DNA of 63,859 nt, filler included, from Folioceros fuciformis (taxonomy: Eukaryota): assembly GCA_049999805.1 (NCBI GenBank). It is 3 parts of 2 records of this genome, joined end to end, with 100 filler letters (N's around TTAATTAATTAA, not from the genome) between each part and the next. Parts side by side here need not be neighbours in the genome. Positions count along the whole stretch, not along the records: positions 28,992 to 56,425 come from JBNGIO010005969.1; positions 56,526 to 63,859 come from JBNGIO010005974.1; 1 more part is not named here. One strand, written 5' to 3'. Numbering within the stretch: position 1 is the stretch's first letter; every line of letters begins with the position of its first letter. Positions 50,200-61,239 of this stretch are shown piece after piece. The notes beneath the pieces are model-generated. The model was not told where the DNA came from. It searched no databases and was given only the letters and a program-made list of their open reading frames with translations. Position numbers and translations under genes: made by a program.

Positions 50200-53100
50200 A
50201 TGGGGTTTGACAACATTTTTCAGCCAATTGATTATCTGTGCAACCATACGAAGCGCAGGAGTGATTCCAATGATGAGTGCGCGTGCAGCCAGCCTGTAGA
50301 CGTTGTTGCGCCAGATTCCGTCTCCATACGAGCCTACGATGATGGGAATGGGAGAAGGGGCGTGAACTGGACGCTTCTTGCTGGTGGAGCATTCGCAACA
50401 GCAGTTTCTGTTGCTTTTTGTGGAAAGCGCCGGCGGAGTTGTGTCTCTGGAGGAGATAGCCAGCCCGTAAAATCGGCAAAGGCCATGGCTGTTCCTGATA
50501 CCGGTACCTGGTCCTCCTTCTGCCTGTGCCTGCCTCACTGTTGCGTCCCTTACGTTTAGTGACGTTGCCGCTGTATTTTTGCTCCAGTTACGGATGGTGA
50601 CAACGGCGGAGATGGAGTGTTGCAAGACACCTATGTTCGCCGAAGGCAGTTTCCTGCTTCCTCACCCTCAGGTTGATAATCAACGAAATATCGCAAAGTG
50701 TCCTTTGTTTGCTGTGGGATTTGTCAAGGCAGCATTCCAATGTTTACCGTGGCTGTGCATTTTGTGGTCGCTTCTATTTCTCTGATTTTCCCTTTCCGCC
50801 AGCGGCTGTTGAAGGATACGCAAGAATGTATCAGCGTCATGGAGCTGGTGGGTGCGTCAGGACGGGGTACTCAGTGACTCCGCCGGGAAAGGACCCCGTA
50901 TGTTTTACGTCGGCCGCAAAGCAGCTTGTGGCTTTGCCTTGCTCTTCAACTCCGCCACTCCTTCTTTCCGAAGGTCAATCAAATTATGCTACTCCCATTA
51001 CCACTCAACAGGGGGAGAAGCCAAATTCAAATCCGTCATCGCGAGCACACGTCTCAGCACGACATGACATGCTGCACAGGCTAAGACAACAGGTTAAGAG
51101 CCGGGATGAGTTGATATTAGACGTCCATACTCAGCTCAGGGACCAGGAACGGACCATCAGATTGCATGAAGCAAATCGGGGGGAACTGGAAGAACGGTTG
51201 CAACTAGCGAACAGGTCGCTTTATGAAGCACAGGCTGAAAATCAGAAGCTGCGCAGAGCCCTTGCAGACAGAGATGCACAACGAACTGCGAGCTCGGTTG
51301 AAGCGAACAACCAATGCAGGGACTATCGAGCAGAGTCTCAACGGCTTCCGTCTGGCAGGTTTGACATATCACCCCAGACATCTCAACAAGCTTGCCAAGA
51401 ACAATTGCTTCAGCAGCAGCACGACTTGCAGTTATTGTCTGCGGAAGTCAAGAGACTTGCAGATGAGCTAAGGGATGCTGAACAGGTCAGGAAAGAGCGC
51501 GAAATCTCCGTATCAAAAGAACATGAGTTCCTCATAGATAGGTTGAAGCACGTAGAAGCTCAATTGGAGGGAGCAAGGAGGTCGAACATAGAGAAGGACC
51601 AGTTGCTGGAAACGTACAGAGCACAGTTTGTCAGCGCCTCTGGGGCTGCGCAGCTTTCTCGAAAGGTGGGCCGTGACGTGTGGGTAGACCCAGTTTTGTA
51701 TCCGAGCTGTCCTAAGCACTGGAATTTGATCAGCTACTTTTTTTTGCTGGTCAGGTTGAGAGCCGACCTGGTGACATTGGAAGAGGGCGTGAAGATGCGT
51801 GTCCACTTGACAAAGTGAGTCCATTGCAAGTGCAAAGTTCTGGTGCGCAGACTGGCACTGGTGGATATGATAACAGTCCTATAGCAGAGAGTTTCAGCCA
51901 TCATGGGTAAGCTGAGCTTGCTTGTATGTGTAGATGTGCACGTTGCCAGTTGTTTCCTCTCGTGATTCAGGATTTAGGCGATCTGACATTGTGTCGGTGG
52001 CCCAGGGATGTTGTGAGATCTTACAATGCGTTGTTTGAAATTACACCTGAACCTTCAAGTCGTGGTGCAAGCACGTCCAACACCCTTTCCGTGGAACGGG
52101 ACACTGATCTAGCAGCAGATGGAGAAATTATTGAGAGCCTACTTGTCGCGTTGCAGGAAGAGGTTGACCAGCTGTCGACTGCCCTTGGCGATAGCTCAAG
52201 GGTGGTAATTGGACTGTCCAGCCCGCTTTGTCTGTTTTTGACCACCTGTCGCTGTGAACGGATTCTCTTTCGTTTTGGTTGACTGTGTTGGTATCGTACT
52301 TTTCACAGCAGGTTATGGACAACAAAGCAGAGTCAATTCAGTTAGTCGACAAGCTACAGGTATCAGATGTCATTCCCGCATCTGGCAGTTCAAGTAGCCT
52401 CCATGGCCGTGGCCAAATAGAGTTCTACCTAGAGTTTAGCTGTTCAGGTCCTTTGTAGAATGATAAGCATGTCCTCTTCGACTCACATTTTCAGAGAACT
52501 CTGGACGAATTCGGAGTCGCTGCACCTGATAGTGTTGAGGATCGGGAGGAGCTCACTCACTTCTTAACTTTTTCTAAAGGCATTACGTCTGCTGTACAGG
52601 TTAGATCATTGCTTGGCAGGTTTACAAGCAACGAGAGGCTTTTTGCTGCCTACGCTAATGCATCTGTTTGTGGACAAGATCAGGTTCAGGAGCTCAGTCA
52701 CAAGCTAGAGCAAGTGGCAAGGCAACAGATAGTTGAAGAAGAGATACTGGAACTCGGGAAACATCAATCCAGAATCGCGGAACTGAAGGAGAGGGTTGAA
52801 CGACTAAGTATGAGGCTTAGCTGTTCCCAGGAAGAAACTCCTGAAGAGTGTCAATCAACCGAGAAACAGTCAGCCAGATTGGCTTCGTTGGCCGTAGACC
52901 TTGCCAAAAAATTGACTATGCAGGTTTCACAGTCAAACCCTTCGCTTTTTTGTACTTGGTCTCATGATATCTTTCTCCTGTCCGTTCAAGCAACGTAATC
53001 TGCTGGATTTTCTTTGCAATGTAAATGAAGCTGTCTTGGACTTCATGCAAAACACTTGTACCTACTATTACAGGAAGAGCAGGCAAGGCGAACATGTTGG

Positions 53101-54236
53101 GAAGCTCAACGTATAACAGCCTCCTCCGAGCTTGCATCTCCATGTNNNNNNNNNNNNNNNNNNNNNNNNNNNNNNNNNNNNNNNNNNNNNNNNNNNNNNN
53201 NNNNNNNNNNNNNNNNNNNNNNNNNNNNNNNNNNNNNNNNNNNNNCACTATGTTCTGTGTTCAAATTATATTCGCTGATCGCGGTGCAAAGTTGGTTGTC
53301 ATGTGAAGCTCTTTCCTGACAAGGTCTTGCGTTGTTTAGCTCGAAAAAGTATTTCGGGGATGTCATGACACTGATATGTTTCCGTTCTTTGCTTTCAGAA
53401 ACAGGAGGTCAGAAAGATTCTACATGACAGCCGGATTGAATCGTTGACACTTTCTGACAGTTGGCACGAACATGCATCCACCTCGGACAGTCGTAGTGCT
53501 AGAGCAAGGTACTTCCAGATTTGTCGTACGCTGAGTTCACTTCGGATTTAACAGCCTCGAAAGTCTTACGGTTTGTCTAACATTTCTTTGCAGATACTTA
53601 ACCGAGTCGGAGGAAGCAAGGCAGTTTAGTGGCGAGGGTTTGTTTGACCAAAAGATGTCCATTGCAGAGCCATGTTCATTCCAGAGCCCAGACAGTGACA
53701 GAACGTTTGCAAGCATCCACCATGTTGAGGATTCTCCTGCCATGAGGATTGGCAGTCCGACAATCTTGGGAGATATTAGGACTCCCACTGCTAAGGAGGG
53801 CGGTGAAGTACGCACAAGGGCATCTGATACTGTAGTACGAGACATTAACAAATTCCATGGGTCACATGTTATGAGCGGCGGACAGGCACGAGACATGGCA
53901 ATGGATGCTGCAAGGGACGCATCTACAGCAATGTCGCCTTTCTCGAAAATGATGGCTAGACTCGAACTGAATCAGGCGGAGAAGCTGTCTGGGTTGACAG
54001 CTAAGGATTTGGAGGACTATGGCAGGCAAATGTTAGAGTCCTACAATGATCCCAACTCAGACGTGGGGATCGAAGGTATCGTCGCAGAGAAGTTCGGGAA
54101 GCATTCTGAATCAGGCTCTCTAGATTCTTCGTTCGATGACATGCTGGATAATACTTTAGAAGACTTCGTAAGAGTCTGCTCTGAAGCAACGACTCCGGCC
54201 ACGAGTCCGGCTTCGAGCATAGTGTCGATGGAATGA
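50200..54236 (+). CDS. Uncharacterised N-terminal TM + long coiled-coil protein, multi-exon
   Basis: GVNWTLLAGGAFATAVSVAFCGKRRR anchor, LHRLRQQVKSRDELIL..LQLANRSLYEAQAENQKLRRALAD coiled coil, further heptad-rich exons and an acidic last exon ending at 54236. Exon structure and start were only partly traced. Confidence 0.65.
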
Positions 54237-56084
54237 AATCGGTGGCATTCGAAGCCCATCGCGAAACTTGTGATCAGGCTGTACTGCTTTGAAATGTATA
54301 ATTTAATGCGGTTTGGGTATGCGCCATCATTCTCTAAGTTTTGTCCTGTTGTCAACGCATGTACATATTTTGTGTATGTTTCAGTTAATTGTTCGAAAAA
54401 TGCAGATTTTATTTAAGTGAAAAGAGATCCATGAAAGAGAATTATTCTTTGTATCTTTGAATATATTTTATCATTTAAGAGAATATTTTCATAGAATATC
54501 CATACAGTCATAAGGTCCATGATTAGTTTTTTTTAACCGTATATTTTTAATCGCGAATATTCCACAGCATCTCCAACATACATGAGGATTTTAGGGCTCC
54601 AACGTCACATTACAAGCTGCCATATGGTATGGACTTTTCTTCTTGTATCGTTGCCACTTCAGTGGATAGATAGAAGAGAAATGAATCTTCTTTCATCCGT
54701 AACTTTGTTTCATCTCTGTATACAATCTTTTCTAATCCATATCTTTCTTTCTTCTCAAGGGTTTGATGTTTGCAAAGGGAGAGATGTTTGCAAAGGGAGA
54801 CTTACAGATGGCCTTCCAAATTTCCTAAGGAACCCTACACCTTGAGCATGCATTGTGTTGAATGCAATCTCAAATTGCCCTGAAGGTGTTGAGTCTAAAT
54901 TGCATGGCAGCTGGTGTTGCATGTTATACAAGCAAGTAAGGAGTGTAGGGGGTATTTGAGGATGGTGAGGTAGTTGCATTGGAGGTTGTAGGCACCCTAA
55001 AGCCTTAGAGGTTGAGATTGCACCCATTGCAAACTACGTTGCTCTCGTAGATTAACCTTGCACTTGCAGATTGGCCCAATAAAATGCGTTGAACATTGAA
55101 TTGGCAGATTGTCCTTGTAGACTGTGGTGACCTTGCATATTGTCCTTGCCTGCATAGTGGGTTGCACTTTACATTGCACATGGCACATGCGGAGTGCTTT
55201 GTCATTGGTCCATGTGCACTTCATTATATAGTGCCCATGTAGAATTGCCATGCCACTTGCCCCCTAGATTGCCACTGCACATGACTACTGGTGTCACTTT
55301 ATTCATACACCCTAGGGTGAGCAGCTTCAAGGAGGGATTGGAGGATTTGATTTCAGCTAAGGGTACTATGCAGTTGGGGTTGCAAGAGTAGTGTGCAAGT
55401 GCTAACTCTAGTTGTAGACGTCTTGCAGATGGCCTTGCACTATGTAGTACTAACTAACAAAGCAACTTCTATGTGAGGATTGAATATGCAAGTTGCCTCG
55501 AAGGGTGTGGTTACAGTTTGCCTTGTTATGTGAATTGCAGATTCTATAAGTGTAGGTTGCGGATTCCCTTGGTACAGGGCTTGCAAAACCTTTGGACATT
55601 GCATTGCACATGATGAGATCCAATGTAGTTGCAGAAGCCCTTGCAGAATGCCTCCCACCTTGTCTTTCATATGCCCTTGTAACTTACAAGTGCCTTCCAA
55701 ATTGCATGCATATGTATAATAATTGCATCCCCTTAGCCTTCCACAACGTTGCATGTGTTGCACAGGCCTTGTAGGTTGCCCATGACAATGCGTATGCAAA
55801 GGGATTGCAGGGCATGAACTTCCTCCCTAACATGTATTGACTTCACTTGGCATTAACGATGTTGTGTAGAGAGTGTAGGAGCAGGATGGAGCCATTGGAG
55901 GTGTACTTGCAACCATGGATGGAGGAGTCCATGGAGTGGCATTTGCCTTTTGCCATCTTTGTAGCAGTGTGAAGTGTTTTTATAAAGGTCCATGGAGTTT
56001 GTGATTTTGCCCATAATCCATTGTTGGACCATATAGTCCTCATAGGCTTGGATTAAAGACTACATGCTTCCATTCTCCCTGTTG

Positions 56085-56170
56085 TATGGTTCCATACCCC
56101 CTACCTTTCTATAGCCAAAGCTGTTGCTATGGTTCCATACCCCCTACCTTTCTATAGCCAAAGCTGTTGC
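56085..56170. repeat. 43-bp direct tandem duplication
   Basis: TATGGTTCCATACCCCCTACCTTTCTATAGCCAAAGCTGTTGC occurs twice. Confidence 0.85.
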
Positions 56171-56425
56171 AAGACTGACCGTTGCATGGAGGGAGATGGG
56201 CTTGGCTAGCCATTATGCTTCCATGTGCCCTCGAACCCTAAAACCCATCACCACATCGTATGAAAAAAGAAATGTGATGTTCTCTGCAGTGGGTGAGAAA
56301 GAAAAAAAAAAGTCTTGTGTATAATGTGACGGCCAGATCAGGATGGCCAAAAACAAGTCTTGTATGTAGGCTGATAGTTAGATCAAGATGGCCAAATCAG
56401 GCTTGATAGCCGTTCAGTATTGACA

Positions 56426-56525
56426 NNNNNNNNNNNNNNNNNNNNNNNNNNNNNNNNNNNNNNNNNNNNTTAATTAATTAANNNNNNNNNNNNNNNNNNN
56501 NNNNNNNNNNNNNNNNNNNNNNNNN
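56426..56525. other. Artificial scaffold/contig linker (N-TTAATTAATTAA-N)
   Basis: Same spacer as at 28892. Confidence 0.9.
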
Positions 56526-59169
56526 TTTCGTAGCGTCGTAGCCAATGGCGGTTAAGGGTCACGCCTTGTGAACAGCCGCGACACTTCACGCGCACGCGAC
56601 CCAAAAGGGTCTCACGGCCACAAATTAATCATTCCATGTTTCTTTACAAGAACTGTCCTCAATCCTACTTTGCACAGATCTCTATGGTATCAGAGTCGGC
56701 AAGCGCTCATGACCACTAGTAATTGCCCAACATGTAATTGCAGTGAGTGCACCAGGTTTCTTCCATTGGAGCACTTCAGATGTCTCATTGCTGAAATGGA
56801 ATGGGCGTTAGTTGGTCTCGGCATTATGAAGGAAGCAATTCTTGTAGAAATTGGCTGGCACTACTTCTCATTCTCATAGACACGAGAAATGCCTAGATAC
56901 AGGAGGCGTTCAGCATACTAGGCTATTGATCCGTTTTCTGCATATCCTGGTCAGTCCGTCCAGGAGCAACATCGTAATCTCAATAAGTTCTTCTCAAAGC
57001 ACGTGAAATCAGTGTTCACACATGACCAGGCTCTGCCTGCTAGACCGTGTACCCTGTCTCATGTAGAAGAACAAATTAGAAACGATAGAGAAAATTCAGA
57101 AATTCTTCAGGCTAGGAAATTGCGTGCATTTCTCGAACCTGATCAAAAATACTGCAGTAAACGCACGAACTCATCCTATGCCAATCCCTCTCTCACTGAC
57201 CATTTGCTAGCAGATGTTTACCTGCTAATCAAATCGGTTGATCGCAAGATCCAGGGCAGGCATCAGGAATTGACTTTCAGACTTGATTCTCTTTCACAAG
57301 AAGTCCGGTCTCTGTCTAGGGCTGTAACCACGCTCAGTATTGCTGAACCTCCTGCAGTAGTTGAGTTTGCACCAGACACTACACGATTTAAGCATTCAGC
57401 AGTTCAGCAAAGACTCAATCAGCCAAGGAAGCCACACTTGGTGTAATGAAAGGGTGGTGTGCATACTTAGTTGTCTCACATGTCCCACTCTGGCCGAGGT
57501 CGAATTACTAGAAATGCTAGAGGTAGAGGTAGAGGTCGTGGCACCAGTAAAGGCAGACCTCCGAATTTGAATGCACAAAATCCCTTTCCAATTGACCCCT
57601 TGGATTTTAATCAGCAGCCTTCCTCTTCAAAAGAGTCTAGTACAACCTTTAATCCTTCCCAGCTTCTCAATTAGCACAAGCCTATACACTAGCACAAGCC
57701 GGGGCATCCCTAGCTTCACAAGTCATAGGCACAATGGCCCATCAGCAACCCAACACTGTAACTAACTACACTACAGTAAATAATATGAAGATTGAGTTCA
57801 AGGAGCGAGACCGCTTCAGTGGTGCCCAGTTCGATATCTGGGCACTCAGGGTGCAAACCATCCTCAAAGAGAACGATCTGTGGGGAGTGGTTACTGGACA
57901 AGTCCCAAAGCCACCTCAGGGTGGAGCACAAGCTGATATAAACGCCTGGACCAAGCTGGACCTGCGGGCTCTAGGCATAATTCAGTCAGCACTTCATGGA
58001 TCGATGATGCATCACACACAAGATGCTAACACCACCAAGGACGTGTGGGACTCTCTCAATCAAATCTACAGAGTTACAAATGGGTCATCCATGGTCAGTG
58101 CCNNNNNNNNNNTGATGCCGACTGGGCGTCGGACACTGACACAAGGAAGTCCACATCTGCAAACTGCTTACTGCTGGGGGCAAACGAATATGATGCAACT
58201 GTCATATCATGGTATAGCAAGAAGCAACAGGTGGTTGCTCTGTCCTCCACTGAGGCCGAGTATGCAGCTACAGCCACTGTGGCTCAGGATATTGTATATG
58301 CTAGGGAGCTTCTTGCCTCATTGGGTGAACCTCAGCATGCATCAACCCTGCTTTTGTGTGACAATCAATCAGCCATAGCGTTAACATAGAACCTAGTTAT
58401 GCACGCCCGCACAAAGCATATTGAAATAAAACACCATTTCATACGTCAAGTTGTTAGAAAAGGGCAGGCTAACCTGCAATACGTCCCGACTAATGAAAAT
58501 GTGTCTGACATCCTCACAAAACCGCTAGCTAAAGACAAGCATGAAAGATTTTGTAGGGCTATGGGCCTGACTGTCAGGTCCTAAGCTAGCAAGAAATACT
58601 TCCACAGGCAACATAGCACAAGCATAATAACTCGTGCAGGTCTTCAGGACTTCAGCTAGGCCTGAACTGGCATCTCGGCATGGTGGTGGAACACCTGTAC
58701 CACGGCTCTGTGCACAACCAAGAAAGTGTGAGCAGTAACAAGCATGGACAATACCCGCAGTGGGAGCGCAGTTGAGTGCTCACCATAGCGCACAATCTGT
58801 GCGCATAACGAGCATCGCCCATGACGGCGACAGCTGGAAGCTGAAGTAACTTGCGCGAGGACTGAAGCAAAACTCGAAATTCAATGAACGTATGCCTGCC
58901 TAAGTGGGAGTAGTGAAAATACCTAATATTCTAGGGTTAGCTATTTAAATAGTCAGGCATTTGTTAATTATTAATTTAACGAACGGTCGTAGGTATGAAA
59001 TGCCATAGCGTTTCGTAGCGTCATAGCCAATGGCGGTTAAGGGTCACGCCTTGTGAACAGCCGCGACACTTCACGCGCACGCGACCCAAAAGGGTCTCAC
59101 GGCCACAAATTAATCATTCCATGTTTCTTTACAAGAATTGTCGTTGATCCTACTTTGCACAGATCTCTA
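56526..59169 (+). mobile_element. Ty1/Copia LTR retrotransposon A (5' LTR partial 56526-56684; 3' LTR 58911-59169; most of pol lost in the gap at 58103-58112)
   Basis: Near-identical LTR copies. PBS TGGTATCAGAG at 56685 and PPT AAGTGGGAG before 58911. Gag FDIWALRVQTILKENDLWGVVTG. RNase H DADWASDTDTRKSTS, SWYSKKQ..LSSTEAEY, CDNQSAI, RTKHIEIKHHFIR and DILTKPL. Confidence 0.93.
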
Positions 59170-61200
59170 GTGCCATCGTGCTTACCAAGGTTTTAGCCAA
59201 CAGCGGCACGTGCAAGGTATTCTCTAGCCTAAGAGTTCCTCCACTAGTCAGGGCAACTTCTACTGTTCCCACTCCTTTGATGGGGATTTCTGAATTGTCT
59301 CCTAATGACACTGTTGATTTGTGACAAGTTGGTGCAGGCAAGTAAGTCACAAACTACTTCCGTTGTGCACGCATATGGTTAGACGCTCAATTGTCGAGAA
59401 ACCAATCATGTGTAGCACGAGCAGCAGAATATAGACACGCCACCAATAGCCCCGGTGTGGAGGCTCTTACTACATGCCCTTCCGCCTGCTTTCCCTTCGT
59501 AGCCTCTTCGGCTTTTCTCTTCCTACAGTCCTTGGTCTAGTGGTCTGGTATGTTACAATAGTTGCACCGTCCAGGCTTCTTCCCACCATGACAGCTAGAG
59601 TTGTTTCCATGATTGGAAGACTGATTTGAAGACTGGCCACCACGACCACGTCCGAATCCTCCACGCCCTCGACTCCTGCCTCTTCCTCTTCTACGACCTG
59701 AATAAAGAGCAGTGTCGGATTGTTTGTGAGATGAGCCCCCTCCATTGGATCCTGCTTTCATATGTTTTCTATTAGCTTCTGCTTGTAATAGAGCTCCTAC
59801 TAACCTCTGAACTGTCAAATTCGTGGTTGCAAGAGTAGTCATTGTGGCTACTTGGCTCGAGCTCCATTGCTCGTAGCTAGGTGGCAGAGATGCCAACAAC
59901 TGAACTGCAGCTCTAGACTCAGAGAGAAGAACTCCGCAAGATGCGAGTTTGGCACGAGCAGCTTGAAACTTGGCCACATGAGATTCAACGGAATCACTGT
60001 CTTTGATCCTCAAATTTTGAAAATGAAGAGTTGCCGCAACTTCTATTATCATATCCTTTGCTTCATGTCTCAGCAAATAAGGACCAGAATTCACTGGAAT
60101 GTTTTGTTAACTTGACATGCGGAATCATCTCTTGAGAAATTGATGAAATCAGAATTGATTTGGCCTTCCGGTCTAACTTGTGCCATGTTTGGTCTTCCTT
60201 TTGCGTCCAGAGAACAATTGTACCACCAGGTATGGTTGAGCCCGAAGGCTGTCCAGCCAATCTTTCACGGATTGTTCCATCAACAACATCCATTAATTGC
60301 TTCTCCTCTACGATAGTTCTTATCCTATAACTCCAGACATCATAATTGGCAGACGTGAGACGATCTCTCTTGTAATCTGTCGTTGTCCGCTATGATGTCG
60401 GATAGCAATTCTCAAGAAATAGGAGCAGAAGCAGTTAGAGCAGACATCTGCTCCTTTACCTTCTAAATTTATTTAATCTGCTTATGTAATTGTAATTCAT
60501 TCTTGACTATTGAAGTGGAATTGCATTCTTATAATTTATCGTATCTATGAGACAATATTTCTACTTTACAAGAAATTTCCAAGCCAAGACTTTTCAAATT
60601 CACTACTGAATTGATCAAAGCGTTAGAATTATTTTCTATAGAAGCAAAAAAATGATAAGGTTTTGAGGAAGGTGAATTACAATCTAAATCTAAACCAGAT
60701 CTATCCTTAGAACATAAACAATGAATATCTCATCTGGTCTGGTCTGGTCTAGTCATCTGGTCTATAAGATGAAACAAAAGATTTTAGAAATTGTAACCTA
60801 TCTTCTTGTTGAGAAGAAGTTAAAGATTGCTTAAAATACAATCTCTCAAATTCTTCTTAAAAACTTGACTCTATAGGTAGAGAAATTTTCTTGTTCTCTA
60901 CAACCCTATCATCAGCTAGCAGTGATTGCCTGTACAAATTTCTACGAGGCATCATGCCATGCATCAGAATAAAAAGAAATACATATTCTTTAAGCAGAAT
61001 CAAGACAGTTCATATAATTCAATAAAACAGCAGAATTTTAGTAGAGCAAAATGAGCAGATTAAACTTTGCTCTGATACCATGATAATTTATGGAGTTAAC
61101 ATGTGAACAATCAGAAAGGAACATACGGAATAACTTGTGCATTAGATTTGAAAAGGAAGAACACATTGTATATATCCTAAAACTAAAAGTAACTGCCATA
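59170..61200 (-). mobile_element. Ty1/Copia element B (5' part: LTR end, PBS, gag, protease), interrupted by element A
   Basis: PBS reverse complement GCTCTGATACCA at 61069-61080. Gag NYDVWSYRIRTIVEEK..DRKAKSILISSI, LLASLPPSYE and knuckle CNYCNIPDH*TKDC. Protease WFLDN*ASNHM, then LGDNSEIPIKGVG..LHVPLLAKTLVS. The outer LTR boundary was not determined. Confidence 0.88.
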
Positions 61201-61239
61201 ACTGTCACTAACCCTAAATGGTAGTAATGTAACCAAAAC

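Noticed and set aside
54580-56080. TGCA-rich region with Cys/His-rich short ORFs
   Set aside because: CpG-depleted decayed repeat with no coherent frame or domain.
57734-58584. Apparent gag-RNase H fusion or miniature Copia
   Set aside because: The junction is a 10-N gap (58103-58112), so the missing pol is most likely unassembled.
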